The translations under genes were made by a program, and so were the position numbers. Below, in pieces: positions 10,601 to 19,962 of a DNA stretch of 64,000 nucleotides; position 1 is the first letter of the stretch, and the number at the start of each line of letters is the position of its first letter. Source of the DNA: an uncultured Lachnospira sp. GTDB lineage: Bacteria > Bacillota > Clostridia > Lachnospirales > Lachnospiraceae. Where the stretch lies: the NCBI GenBank assembly GCA_949002095.1, contig CARJMT010000007.1, positions 70,024 to 134,023 on the forward strand. The letters run 5' to 3'. A model generated the notes under the pieces. It searched no databases and was not told where the DNA came from. It saw nothing but the letters and a program-made list of their open reading frames with translations.

Positions 10601-11594
10601 AGCAATGTTCTCTCTAATTAAAGCAGGAAGCTTTGATTTATTAGAGAAAGACTGGGCGGAAGAACTTGGAGTAGAACCAAGACTGCTGATTATGGTTTAT
10701 TATATATTAAAGGTTTGTGACGCAAAGAAGAGATTGACACTTCAGAACTTTAATGGATTGATTCAAAGAGATTTGATACCTGCGTCTCTTGAGTTTCAGA
10801 AGAGAGTGTTCACTTTTAATAAGTATTTAAAAGCTGAAAAGAAAGTGGGCAAGTATTATATCTTTGATGATGTTTGTGAAAGGTTCTACTCTCAGTTCTT
10901 TGATATGGAGAAGTTGAGTGTAATAAATGGTATCACTTGTATTCTTCAGACAGACTGGGATAAGATGTACCAAAAAGAGATGGATGCCGCGAGAGATTGG
11001 TTGAAAGAGAACCAAGAAGAAGTGTTGAAAGAGTTTAACTATATATTGTTTAAGGAATGTTGGGATAAGTATGCAGTTGGTACAATCTCAGCGTGGGAAA
11101 TGGAAAGTCTATGTTTCTACTATCACGACCATGAGTTGATTGATGTAGATGTAGATAAGTACGGTATCTCTAACTTCTTCAATATGCCAGAGACTCCTAT
11201 TGTAGATTACTTCTTCAAGCGGAATGGCAAGGAGATTCCAATTTATAAGACTTATAAGATAATTGGAACTGTCATAAGTAAGAATGATACTCGTTCATCA
11301 GTAACAATATTGACAACTAATGGTGTCGTAAATGTGAAGTTCACAAAAGAATATTTTGCTATGTTCAATCGGCAAATATCTGAAGTTCAGGAAGATGGAA
11401 CTAAGAAAGTGAAAGAAAAAGGTTGGTTCTCAAGAGGAAGTAAGATTATGGTAACTGGCTTCCGCAGAGAAGACACTTTTGTTGCTAAGTCTTATAAGCA
11501 CACATCTACACATCAGTTATATAAGATAACAAATGTGGAAAACGGAGAAATGCAGTTAGAGCATGAACGTTATGGTCAAGGAGGAGCCGAATGA
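7659..11594 (+). CDS. DNA polymerase III alpha-type (DnaE-like) replicative polymerase with an N-terminal PHP domain
   Basis: HSHTHYS...ITDHEAL PHP motifs; 1311 aa. Confidence 0.8.
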   Translation: MKRFEVHSHTHYSNLRLLDCINRPKDLINRAIELGLSGIAITDHEALCGHMEINQYAKTLKEEHPDFKVALGNEIYLCPNRENGQKYYHFILIAKNKVGHRVLRELSSRAWMNSWYDRGMERVVTTYEDLKEIVGKHPGSVIATTACLGGELSTQTLNMINCEAVHDYAGKEMAHNDIVNFMLFCKSLFGEDFYIECAPAESKDQIAVNKRLVSIAECFNVQMIIGTDAHYLKKEDRFIHESYLNSKGGEREVASFYEYAYLQSENEVRENLAASIPDMYEKMMVTSAEIYDKIEEYSLEHKQTIPTVDVEYYPKDDSLKEYPTLHKLLLSDDEQDRYWVNSCLRGLRDKDLWNETYLSRLEEEADIKSTISEKLETNMFSYPNTLQHYINMFWDCGSIVGAGRGSSCSGLNHYLLGITQLDPIEWELPFWRYLNKERVELGDIDLDLCPSKRPLIIRKIKEERGQKFRKDIDDLSRKNLGCTLIATFGTEGTRSTILTACRGYRSEGYPDGIDVDTAQYMSSLIPSERGFLWPLSDVVNGNADKDRRPIKAFINEVAQYPGLLDIMTAIEGLINKRSSHASGVILFDEDPYEFGCFMRTPKGEVITQYDLHMCEAAGMTKYDFLVTEVQDKLAETIRLLQEYNEIDKNLTLREVYNKYFHPSILPIKDENIWKALQENSVLNIFQFDSEVGGQAAKKIKPTNILEMADANGLMRLMTAEKGQEAPMEKYVRFKNNIDLWYKEMDRAGLTKDEQKTLEPYFLSSHGVPPSQEQLMKMLMDEDICGFTLKDANAARKIVGKKQMSKIPELKEQVLTKAKSQNLGQYVWDCGIGPQMGYSFSIIHALAYSFIGFQTMFVATRWNPIYWNTACLIVNSGSLEEEDEYEIEEDENGERLVKKEKSTDYAKVAKALGDIISKGIKISLIDINRSNYSFEPDIENNQILFGMKALNGVGAPVIDAIIQNRPFSSFTDFMNRCPLNKTAMFSLIKAGSFDLLEKDWAEELGVEPRLLIMVYYILKVCDAKKRLTLQNFNGLIQRDLIPASLEFQKRVFTFNKYLKAEKKVGKYYIFDDVCERFYSQFFDMEKLSVINGITCILQTDWDKMYQKEMDAARDWLKENQEEVLKEFNYILFKECWDKYAVGTISAWEMESLCFYYHDHELIDVDVDKYGISNFFNMPETPIVDYFFKRNGKEIPIYKTYKIIGTVISKNDTRSSVTILTTNGVVNVKFTKEYFAMFNRQISEVQEDGTKKVKEKGWFSRGSKIMVTGFRREDTFVAKSYKHTSTHQLYKITNVENGEMQLEHERYGQGGAE

Positions 11595-12127
11595 TAGTAA
11601 TAAATTTGTTTGGTGTGCCTGGCGCTGGTAAATCTACTGGCGCCGCATACATTTTCTCTCAACTTAAAATGCATGGAGTAAATGCGGAATTGATTACTGA
11701 ATTTGCTAAAGATAAAGTATGGGAAGAGAACCATGAAGTCTTTAAGAACCAAGCATATGTGTTTGGTAAGCAAAGTTTTAAAATGAGTAGATGTAAAGAT
11801 AAAGTAGATGTTATTGTCACTGACTCTCCTTTGCTCTTATCTGCTTTTTATAATAACGATGAAACTCTTGGAGAAGATTTCAATAAGGTTGTAAATAATG
11901 TGTTTAAATCTTATGATAATAGAAACTTCTTATTATTGAGAACTAAACCATATAACCCTATTGGAAGACACCAAACTGAAGAAGAATCTGATGCTTTAGC
12001 TGAACCAATGCGGAACTTATTGGTTAAGTATGATGTAAGAGCAGAAATGATTGCAGGTGAAACTGACGGATATAAGAAAATTGTAAGTAAGATATTGAAG
12101 GAGTTAGGAATTGATGAAGAACAGTAA
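11591..12127 (+). CDS. P-loop NTPase, putative (d)NMP kinase or AAA-like ATPase
   Basis: GVPGAGKST Walker A; 178 aa; sits in the nucleotide-metabolism cluster. Confidence 0.5.
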   Translation: MIVINLFGVPGAGKSTGAAYIFSQLKMHGVNAELITEFAKDKVWEENHEVFKNQAYVFGKQSFKMSRCKDKVDVIVTDSPLLLSAFYNNDETLGEDFNKVVNNVFKSYDNRNFLLLRTKPYNPIGRHQTEEESDALAEPMRNLLVKYDVRAEMIAGETDGYKKIVSKILKELGIDEEQ

Positions 12128-12677
12128 ATATAAAGTTCTCGCCCTATTCGGAAAGAGTGGAGCGGGAAAAGATACTATTCAAAAATGGCTAACTACAAAC
12201 TATGATATGAATGGAATTATTTCTTGTACCACCCGCCCAATGCGAGACTATGAGAAAGATGGAGTAGATTATCATTTCTTATCAAATGAAACTTTTGCTC
12301 AGAAGGTTCTTGATTTATCGATGCTTGAAGCGACTTGCTTTAATGATTGGTTTTATGGTACCCCGCTTGAATCTTTAGATAAAGACAGAGTTAATGTTGG
12401 AGTATTTAATATTCAAGGAATTGAATGCTTACTTCAAGACTCAAGACTTGATATAGTTCCAGTCTATATTTATAGCCATGATAAAGTAAGATTATTAAGG
12501 AACTTAGAACGTGAGAAGAATCCTAACTGTCAAGAGATTTGCAGAAGATTTTTAACTGATGAACAAGATTTCTCTAACATAGATTTTGATTATGTTCTTT
12601 TTGATAATAGCGACAATCGAATACGCGGTTTTTATGGTTTCACAAATCTGCCCGAAGTACGAGATTTAATTGGGTAA
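12111..12677 (+). CDS. Guanylate kinase-like nucleoside monophosphate kinase
   Basis: GKSGAGKDT plus the gmk signature SCTTRPMRDYEKDGVDYHF. Confidence 0.7.
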   Translation: MMKNSKYKVLALFGKSGAGKDTIQKWLTTNYDMNGIISCTTRPMRDYEKDGVDYHFLSNETFAQKVLDLSMLEATCFNDWFYGTPLESLDKDRVNVGVFNIQGIECLLQDSRLDIVPVYIYSHDKVRLLRNLEREKNPNCQEICRRFLTDEQDFSNIDFDYVLFDNSDNRIRGFYGFTNLPEVRDLIG

Positions 12678-12695
12678 GAATCTTTAATTATTTCT

Positions 12696-12740
12696 TGACA
12701 AAAGTCATATAATAAGAAACCTTAAAATACTTATATAATT
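12696..12740 (+). promoter_or_regulatory. Candidate promoter region (TTGACA at 12696 and TATAAT at 12735 are too far apart to pair; assignment ambiguous)
   Basis: Hexamers present upstream of the nrdD RBS aggagg. Confidence 0.3.
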
Positions 12741-12754
12741 AGGAGGATAATTAA

Positions 12755-14926
12755 ATGGTTCAGATTAAGAAACGCGATGGTCGCATAGTAAATTTTGACC
12801 AGAATAAAATTATTGATGCAATCTTTTCCGCCTTTAGAGAGATAGATGGAGAGCTGTCAGATTACGCTTATATTAAGGCTGGAAATATCGCGGACTATAT
12901 TCAAGACGTAGCTGACAAATGGAATCAAGAGGACAAATACCTTACTGTTGAAGATATTCAAGACTTAGTTGAAAAAGGTTTAATGTCTACTAAACGTAAG
13001 GATGTTGCTAGAGCTTACATTACTTATAGAAATAAAAGAACTGAAGCTAGAGGCAATATTACTGACCAGACAATAGATGAACTATTAACTGGTAATAATG
13101 AATATTGGAGTAAAGAAAACTCTAATAAGAATCCAATGATTGTCACTACTCAAAGAGATTATATTGCTGGTATTACCAGTACTGACCTAACAAGAAGAAA
13201 ATTATTACCAAAAGATATAGTTGAAGCACACGACGCGGGAATTATCCATTTCCATGATGCAGACTACTTTGCACAAAATGCTTTAACTAACTGTGAATTA
13301 TTAAATCTTGATGATATGCTTCAAAATGGCACTGTCATCAATGGCGTAAAAATCGACAAGCCGCACAGAGTAATTACAGCCTCAACAATAGGAACTCAAA
13401 TTATCTTAGCAGTAACATCCTCTACATATGGCGGATGTACCGTATCTTTAGCACATCTTGCTCCTTTTGTTAGAGATAGCTATAAAATATATTTGAACAA
13501 ATATTTAGATTGGGGTATGTCTTATAAAAAGGCTGTGTTATACGCTAAATATGATACAAGAAAAGAAATTGCTGATGCCGTTCAAACTTTTAATTATCAA
13601 GTTAATAGTATGACAAATACCAACGGTCAAGCACCTTTCCTTTCAGTTTGTATGTACTTAGGAGAAACAGATAAATATAAAGAAGAGCTTGCTATGCTTA
13701 TTGAAGAGTTTTTAAAACAAAGATTATTAGGTTTTAAAAATAAACAAGGAGTATATGTAACACCTGCATTTCCTAAGTTATTATATGTACTTGAAGAAGA
13801 TAACATTCATGAAGATAGTAAATATTATTATTTGACTGAATTAGCTGCTCAATGTACCGCAAAGAGAATGGTTCCAGACTATATCTCTGAGAAAGTAATG
13901 AAGCAGTTAAAAATAGATGCGAACGGAAATGGACAATGTTATCCATGTATGGGTTGTCGCTCATTCTTATTGCCATATGTAGATGAAAATGGGAGACCTA
14001 AATATTATGGTAGAATGAATATGGGAGTGGTGACGATAAATCTTGCGGATATTGCCTTATCATCTGAAGGAAACTTTGATAAGTTTTGGGACATATTTGA
14101 AGAACGTACTGAATTATGTCATAAAGCTTTAAGAATCCGCTATGAAAGAATTGCTGGAATTACATCTGATGCAGCACCTATTTTATGGCAAGATGGAGGA
14201 TTAGCTAGATTACAACCTGGAGAGTCTATCAAGAAGTTATTGCATAATGATTATGCCACTATTTCTCTTGGCTATGCCGCATTATATGAATGTGTTAAAT
14301 ATATGACTGGAGAAAGTCATACTCAAGAGAATGGTAAAAAGTTTGGATTAGAAGTTATGCAGAAGCTTAATGATAAATGTAAACAATGGAGAATGGAAGA
14401 AAACATTGGTTACAGCTTATATGGGACGCCTCTTGAGTCAACCACATATAAGTTTGCAAAAGGACTTCAGAAACGCTTTGGCATTATTGAAGAAATCACA
14501 GACCATGATTATGTAACTAATTCTTATCATATCAATGTAAGAGAAGACATTGACGCTTTTACTAAGCTAAAATTAGAAAGTGAGTTTCAAGCATTAAGTC
14601 CAGGTGGAGCAATTAGTTATGTAGAAGTTCCTAATATGCAGAATAATATTCCTGCTGTTTTAGAGTTAATTAAGTATATGTACGAAAATATTATGTATGC
14701 GGAAATTAACACTAAAAGTGATTATTGCCAAATATGCGGTTTTGATGGAGAAATCCAAATTAAAGAAAGTGAAGATGAGAAGCTCTATTGGGAATGTCCT
14801 AACTGCGGAAATCACGATGAAAAGAAAATGTCAGTAGTAAGACGTACTTGTGGATATTTAGGCTCTCAATTTTGGAATCAGGGCAGAACTGAAGAGATTA
14901 GAGATAGAGTATTACACGTGGAGTAA
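12755..14926 (+). CDS. nrdD: Anaerobic ribonucleoside-triphosphate reductase
   Basis: N-terminal ATP-cone (VQIKKRDGRIVNFD); C-terminal Zn ribbon CQICG...CPNCG; glycyl-radical motif RTCGYLG. Confidence 0.9.
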   Translation: MVQIKKRDGRIVNFDQNKIIDAIFSAFREIDGELSDYAYIKAGNIADYIQDVADKWNQEDKYLTVEDIQDLVEKGLMSTKRKDVARAYITYRNKRTEARGNITDQTIDELLTGNNEYWSKENSNKNPMIVTTQRDYIAGITSTDLTRRKLLPKDIVEAHDAGIIHFHDADYFAQNALTNCELLNLDDMLQNGTVINGVKIDKPHRVITASTIGTQIILAVTSSTYGGCTVSLAHLAPFVRDSYKIYLNKYLDWGMSYKKAVLYAKYDTRKEIADAVQTFNYQVNSMTNTNGQAPFLSVCMYLGETDKYKEELAMLIEEFLKQRLLGFKNKQGVYVTPAFPKLLYVLEEDNIHEDSKYYYLTELAAQCTAKRMVPDYISEKVMKQLKIDANGNGQCYPCMGCRSFLLPYVDENGRPKYYGRMNMGVVTINLADIALSSEGNFDKFWDIFEERTELCHKALRIRYERIAGITSDAAPILWQDGGLARLQPGESIKKLLHNDYATISLGYAALYECVKYMTGESHTQENGKKFGLEVMQKLNDKCKQWRMEENIGYSLYGTPLESTTYKFAKGLQKRFGIIEEITDHDYVTNSYHINVREDIDAFTKLKLESEFQALSPGGAISYVEVPNMQNNIPAVLELIKYMYENIMYAEINTKSDYCQICGFDGEIQIKESEDEKLYWECPNCGNHDEKKMSVVRRTCGYLGSQFWNQGRTEEIRDRVLHVE

Positions 14927-14930
14927 GGAT

Positions 14931-15437
14931 ATGAGATATGCAGGAATAAAAGAAAATGATACAACTAACGGAGAGGGAGTTTGCCTCTCCGTATTCACTC
15001 AAGGTTGTCCACATAGATGTAAAGGATGCTTTAATTCTGAAACATGGGATTTTGATGGTGGAATTGAAGTTGAAGATATGGATAAGTTTATTAAAGATAT
15101 AGTGTTGAAGTTAAGAGCAAATGGGGTACAACGAAATCTTAGTATCTTAGGTGGAGAGCCTCTTTGTGATGCTAATCAACATTTTGTATCTTTATTAGTC
15201 GGAGTTGCTAGAGAAGCTTATCCAGATATAAAAATATATTTATGGACTGGATATTACCTTGAAGATGTTCCTAAGAATGTTTATACTGATTTTATCCTTG
15301 AGAACGTAGATGTTATTATTGATGGTCCATTTATCGAGGAAGAACGTGATATCACATTGAAATTGAGGGGTAGTAAAAATCAAAGAATTTTGACAAAAGA
15401 AAAAATATGTGATATAATAAATCATAAAGGAGAATGA
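14931..15437 (+). CDS. nrdG: Anaerobic RNR activating enzyme (radical SAM)
   Basis: CPHRCKGC radical-SAM cluster motif; lies directly downstream of nrdD. Confidence 0.85.
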   Translation: MRYAGIKENDTTNGEGVCLSVFTQGCPHRCKGCFNSETWDFDGGIEVEDMDKFIKDIVLKLRANGVQRNLSILGGEPLCDANQHFVSLLVGVAREAYPDIKIYLWTGYYLEDVPKNVYTDFILENVDVIIDGPFIEEERDITLKLRGSKNQRILTKEKICDIINHKGE

Positions 15438-15829
15438 AAAGTATGACTGATATAAGTATGGGAACTTTATACGATATGAACAAGACGGCTATCGTGGATA
15501 TGCCTAGTCTTACTGGCTCAGAACTTAAGAAAAATTTAAAGAAAATAAAACAGTTTTTTTTAGAAAAGACTGATAAATATTTCATGTTATTAAATAGGGA
15601 AACTTATAACTTTACTCTATTTAACTTAGGCAATAAAAATGAGATTGCTATGAAACAAACAATAGATGACTTCAAAGAGTGCTTAGATAACCGCGGACGT
15701 ATAGTATCTATAGAGCCAGACTCCGCAGGTAATTATGAGATATGGATTGTAGATGAAGATAATGGAGCTTTAGTTTATTATCTATTCCCATATGACCTTG
15801 GTGTTATTGAGCATGGAACGGAGGCATAA
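15434..15829 (+). CDS. Hypothetical protein
   Basis: ORF coupled to its neighbours by overlapping start and stop codons. Confidence 0.45.
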   Translation: MKSMTDISMGTLYDMNKTAIVDMPSLTGSELKKNLKKIKQFFLEKTDKYFMLLNRETYNFTLFNLGNKNEIAMKQTIDDFKECLDNRGRIVSIEPDSAGNYEIWIVDEDNGALVYYLFPYDLGVIEHGTEA

Positions 15830-15831
15830 AA

Positions 15832-16092
15832 ATGCGTAAGATAGTTGGTATGATAAGACCATTTGATATGAGACAAAACTTTTATGTCTACGAAGATGGC
15901 AATAAATTGGCTTGTGAGCAGCCTAGAATGGGCGAATTAAATGAGACTATATTTAGTCTTATGGAAGAATATGATGTAACTCAGCTTGACCTTGTAGGTC
16001 CAAAGCAGTACAATAGAGGACTAAGCAAGAAGATACAAGAGGCGGAAATGACTAAATTCAGCTCAAACAAATTACAAATAAACATAGTATAG
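15832..16092 (+). CDS. Hypothetical protein
   Basis: ORF with RBS. Confidence 0.4.
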   Translation: MRKIVGMIRPFDMRQNFYVYEDGNKLACEQPRMGELNETIFSLMEEYDVTQLDLVGPKQYNRGLSKKIQEAEMTKFSSNKLQINIV

Positions 16093-16102
16093 GAGAAGAA
16101 AA

Positions 16103-16345
16103 ATGGCAAGATATTTAATTCAAACAACTGAAGTATATAGAGTAGACAGTGAAGCTGAAGCTAAGGCTTTAATTGAAGAAGCAAAAGGAGAAGGTATTAG
16201 CAATTTGAAGAAATATAATTGCGAGTACAAGAGTCAGAAAGCTAAGGGTGAAATTGTACAGGAATGGTATCGTGTAACCTTAACCAAGGCGTTTACAGAT
16301 GAAAAGGAACCAACTGAATCTGTTACAATAAATTACGAGATATAA
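16103..16345 (+). CDS. Hypothetical protein
   Basis: ORF with RBS ggagaag. Confidence 0.4.
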   Translation: MARYLIQTTEVYRVDSEAEAKALIEEAKGEGISNLKKYNCEYKSQKAKGEIVQEWYRVTLTKAFTDEKEPTESVTINYEI

Positions 16346-16355
16346 GGAGATTAGA

Positions 16356-16793
16356 ATGGAAATCAATATTAAACTTTTAAATGAGAATGCTCAAGTACCA
16401 ACAAGAGGAAGTGAGTACGCGGCAGGCTATGACTTGTACGCGGCAACTGCGGAAGATATTGAAATTGCTCCGCACAGCACAGTAAAAGTTGGAACTGGAA
16501 TTTCTGTAGAGTTACCTAATGGAACCTTTGGAGCAATCTTCGCACGTAGCGGGCTTGCTACCAAGAAGGGCTTAAGACCTGCTAACTGCGTAGGCGTATG
16601 TGACTCAGATTACCGCGGAGAGTATATCGTTGCAATTCATAATGATACAGATGAAATGATGACGATTGCCGCAGGTGAGAGAATCGCACAGCTGATTGTT
16701 ATGCCTTTTGTTGCAGTAGAGTTTAATACAGTTAAAGAGCTTACTGAAACTCAGCGCGGCGATGGCGGATTCGGCAGTACAGGAACTAACTAA
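16356..16793 (+). CDS. dut: dUTP diphosphatase
   Basis: AAGYDLYA, RSGLATKKGL, CDSDYRGEY and RGDGGFGSTG dUTPase motifs. Confidence 0.9.
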   Translation: MEINIKLLNENAQVPTRGSEYAAGYDLYAATAEDIEIAPHSTVKVGTGISVELPNGTFGAIFARSGLATKKGLRPANCVGVCDSDYRGEYIVAIHNDTDEMMTIAAGERIAQLIVMPFVAVEFNTVKELTETQRGDGGFGSTGTN

Positions 16794-17059
16794 TGACTTG
16801 GAAAGAATGCCTTAAATGGCAAGCTGAAGAGAAAGCTTTTCTTGATAGCGTAGATATTAAAGGTCTAATTAAAGAATTAGATACTGATGATATTTATGAT
16901 ATTATGGATGAAATAGAGGATAGATACAGAAAGCAATACTCAGAAGAGTTTGTTTTTAATTGTATGGATGCTTCAGAGTTTGGCGATTATTTAAGAGAAC
17001 GCTACCCAGAAGCAAACATATATGAACACACAGAAACTACTTACCATGTTATATTTTAA
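16793..17059 (+). CDS. Hypothetical acidic protein
   Basis: ORF whose start codon overlaps the dut stop codon. Confidence 0.4.
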   Translation: MTWKECLKWQAEEKAFLDSVDIKGLIKELDTDDIYDIMDEIEDRYRKQYSEEFVFNCMDASEFGDYLRERYPEANIYEHTETTYHVIF

Positions 17060-17097
17060 TGATGTCACTTTGTGGCATCATTTTTTTTATGCAAAAA

Positions 17098-17126
17098 TTG
17101 ACAAACCGAAAATTTTGTGTTATAAT
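17098..17126 (+). promoter_or_regulatory. Perfect sigma-70 consensus promoter: TTGACA, 17-bp spacer, TATAAT
   Basis: TTGACA 17098-17103; TATAAT 17121-17126; followed by RBS aaaggagg and the ATG at 17155. Confidence 0.75.
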
Positions 17127-17154
17127 CTAGGTATAGATAAAGGAGGAATATATA

Positions 17155-17651
17155 TGAGAATATTAAGCTTAGATGCTTCAACAAAGTCAACAGGATGTGC
17201 TATTTTTAACGATGAAAAATTAGAAGCATATTATTGTTTGACCGCTTCTTCTTCAGATTTAATAAATCGAATTAAAAAGATTATTCCTCAACTGGAGCAA
17301 GTGTTAAAAGACCATCCAGTAGATAAGATAATTTTGGAAGAAGTTAGACCAGAAGGCGGATTACAGAATATTAAAACCCACAAGGCTTTGATGTATCTTC
17401 AGGCGGCAATTACTTTTCTTGTACATGAAAGATTTAAGAATGTAGAGATAGATTATATATATCCAAATGAATGGAGAAAGTTATGTGGAATTAAAACTGG
17501 TGCGGGCGTCCGCCGCGAAACATTAAAACCACAAGACATTGCTTTTGCTAAGAAGGCTTATGGTGTAGATGTGAATGATGATATTGCAGATGCTATTGGA
17601 ATAGGTCATGCTTATATAAGCAGACTAAATAATGAAATAAATTGGGAATAA
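17155..17651 (+). CDS. RuvC-like Holliday-junction resolvase. The start is probably at 17155; the 6-frame ORF's upstream extension runs across the promoter.
   Basis: ILSLDASTKSTGCAIF resembles the RuvC N-terminal catalytic-Asp motif; the RBS and promoter lie immediately upstream. Confidence 0.6.
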
Positions 17652-17696
17652 AAAAAGAGGAGAAATAGCCGGCACTATCTCTCCTTCAATTTTTTA
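17651..17696. terminator. Bidirectional intrinsic terminator at a convergent gene junction
   Basis: Hairpin aggagaaatag / ctatctctcct (10 of 11 bp) with loop ccggca; flanked by an A-run on one side and a T-run on the other. Confidence 0.65.
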
Positions 17697-17989
17697 AACA
17701 CTTTATTGGCAATCATAATAATCTCTTCTCCATATGTTGCAATTAGGTCAGCGAGCAATTCCTCTTGCTCCTCAGTTAGGTCTACATCATATGAGAACAT
17801 TGCTGCGTGTGTTATTTCATGGCATAGGACTTTCTTTAAGAAAAATCCATGTAAAGTATTGTTGATGTAAATGGTTTTATCATTATCATCACAGGTTCCT
17901 ATAGATAAGGAGCCGTCACTTCTATAAAGCATAGGATGATATTCTGGTACGAATTTCACGCACCATTCTTCGTTATTTATATTGAACAT
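17675..17989 (-). CDS. Putative zinc metallopeptidase (HExxH)
   Basis: CHEITHAAM motif; 104 aa. Confidence 0.4.
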   Translation of the reverse strand: MFNINNEEWCVKFVPEYHPMLYRSDGSLSIGTCDDNDKTIYINNTLHGFFLKKVLCHEITHAAMFSYDVDLTEEQEELLADLIATYGEEIIMIANKVFKKLKER

Positions 17990-18594
17990 TATTTAATCTT
18001 TGAAGCCAATATAGATAACTTTTGCTGTAATACAGTTTTTTCTTCTGGTGAAGCGTCAGCAATCATCTCAGTAATGTCTTGAGATAATTCTTGTAAATAT
18101 TTCTCCAATTCTTTCATCTGTGCTGGGGTTCCTTGATGAAGTTCTTTAGATTCCATATAATTCTTTCTACTAATTGGACTCTTTCCTTCTCTTGCGTCCC
18201 TAATTTCCATTGGATACTTATTTCCTCTTTCGGAATCTCTATAATCTTCTTCTCTACCCCAATCTCTATCTTTTCCCTCTTGTCTGCGCATTCCGCCTCT
18301 GTAATCCATTCCTCTTCCATCATAGTACATGCGACCATGGTCTCTATCCATATCGCGATACTCATGATATGAAGGCATTTGCATAGGCATTGGATATATA
18401 TGCTTAGAGTGTTTCTCTTCTTCCTCTTTCTCTTTCATGGCTTTAGTAATGCTACAATAGTACATTGCTTCTTCCATGTCTTTTACCATATCTACGACTT
18501 CACCAAGTTCCTTAGCATCTACATTCTTCAAGTCTCCTATTTGTGACTCTACGGCGCATAGGAGAGTGTCTTTTACGTGTTTTAATCTTTCCAT
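17989..18594 (-). CDS. Hypothetical protein with a central Arg/Gly/Asp/Tyr-rich low-complexity region
   Basis: DRDHGRMYYDGRGMDYRGGMRRQEGKDRDWGREEDYRDSERG; coiled-coil-like N- and C-terminal ends. Confidence 0.4.
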   Translation of the reverse strand: MERLKHVKDTLLCAVESQIGDLKNVDAKELGEVVDMVKDMEEAMYYCSITKAMKEKEEEEKHSKHIYPMPMQMPSYHEYRDMDRDHGRMYYDGRGMDYRGGMRRQEGKDRDWGREEDYRDSERGNKYPMEIRDAREGKSPISRKNYMESKELHQGTPAQMKELEKYLQELSQDITEMIADASPEEKTVLQQKLSILASKIK

Positions 18595-18605
18595 GATTTA
18601 CCTCC

Positions 18606-19028
18606 TTACGCAACTCTTTCAATAATTAAATTAGCATTCTGAACATCTACTGCTCCTACGCTTGTATTTCTCACACTAACTTGTGTGCAACATCCTGCTG
18701 GTACGTCTAGGAAAACTCCTCCCGCAACATTAAAGTACTCTCCAACTGCGGCTGGTGTTACTATCATATTTGTGCTATTGATAGCTTCTCCATTAGATGC
18801 AATAGCAAAAGAGATAGATCCTACTGTTCCACCTGTTGGAACTGCAATATTTCCGCTGAAAAATACTCTAAATCTTGCGCGGCACTGTTTCGTAATGCCG
18901 CGCAAAGTAACTAACCCACTACCTTCGCGATGGATTATGGAGCAATTTCCGCAGACTGGTTCATCAGTGAACAATACATTTTGATTAAGCGCAACCGTTT
19001 GGTTCGCAACTGCTGTAAATTCAGCCAT
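18606..19028 (-). CDS. Hypothetical Ala/Gly/Val-rich protein (possible jelly-roll / C1q-like fold; speculative)
   Basis: ORF with RBS; 140 aa; no diagnostic motif found. Confidence 0.35.
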   Translation of the reverse strand: MAEFTAVANQTVALNQNVLFTDEPVCGNCSIIHREGSGLVTLRGITKQCRARFRVFFSGNIAVPTGGTVGSISFAIASNGEAINSTNMIVTPAAVGEYFNVAGGVFLDVPAGCCTQVSVRNTSVGAVDVQNANLIIERVA

Positions 19029-19066
19029 TCTTATTTACCTCCAAGTATAGTTTTAATTAGTTTAAA

Positions 19067-19930
19067 TTAGGCTACACCGTTGCATCCGCAACCGCATCCA
19101 TAATTATTCAATCCAATACCATAGCTAGCCTGATAAGGTGAGCAGGTAATATAAGCAGGGATTGGACATGGACGTAGTTGGTCTACTAAATAAGTGTTCT
19201 GTGCTGCCTGGCTTGCTGCCAATTTCAAGTTCTGATTTTCAGCTTGTAAGCTAGAAATCTTATCTTGTACTAAGAAGTCTAAGATACTTCTTGTGTTAGC
19301 ATTGTTTGTGTCGATAATATCTCTTGTGGTATTCTGAACAGTGTTCTGAATTGCACAAGTGTCTGTAGCCATGCGATACTCAATATCTTTCTGACCAGCT
19401 CTATTATCGCAGCAGCATTGTGCTAACTGAGCCTGAATAGCGTTAGTGTTCTGCATATTTCCTACTGTGTTATCAAAGATATCTCTTTGGATAGCATTAG
19501 TGTTCTGCATATTAGCTACATTTACGCTATTGATACCTGCTTGTGTCTGATAACCTAAAGTACATACTGCGTTATCTACACCAGCAAATCCGTTAGTCAG
19601 AGCATTTTGAACGCCTGCAAAACCATTTAACAAGTTTGTATTTTGTGCGTAGAAGCCATCACACAATCCTTGCTGGATGCCACGGATTCCGTTCTCCATT
19701 TGACTAAAGTTCATGTCCTGACATAAGTCAGCTCTGGTTAAGGCACCCTGAAGTCCGTTTCCACCGAAACCTCCGAATCCACCATTACCCCATCCGCAGA
19801 ATACGAATAAGAATAAGATGATAATCCACCAGGCTCCATTACCCATGAAACCGTCGCCATAACCTTCATTTCTTCCGCCTGTAGCAGCAGCGATGTCTGC
19901 TAGGCTATAACCTCCGTTTGAATTAAACAT
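19067..19930 (-). CDS. Hypothetical membrane protein with a Gly-rich N-terminus, one TM helix, Asn/Gln-rich internal repeats and a Cys-rich C-terminus
   Basis: WWIIILFLFVFCGW TM segment; duplicated NMQNTNAIQ and NGFAGV(Q/D)NA units; CGCGCNG at the C-terminus. Confidence 0.4.
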   Translation of the reverse strand: MFNSNGGYSLADIAAATGGRNEGYGDGFMGNGAWWIIILFLFVFCGWGNGGFGGFGGNGLQGALTRADLCQDMNFSQMENGIRGIQQGLCDGFYAQNTNLLNGFAGVQNALTNGFAGVDNAVCTLGYQTQAGINSVNVANMQNTNAIQRDIFDNTVGNMQNTNAIQAQLAQCCCDNRAGQKDIEYRMATDTCAIQNTVQNTTRDIIDTNNANTRSILDFLVQDKISSLQAENQNLKLAASQAAQNTYLVDQLRPCPIPAYITCSPYQASYGIGLNNYGCGCGCNGVA

Positions 19931-19962
19931 AAGGCACCTCCATAAAATTATTTATTAAAAAT

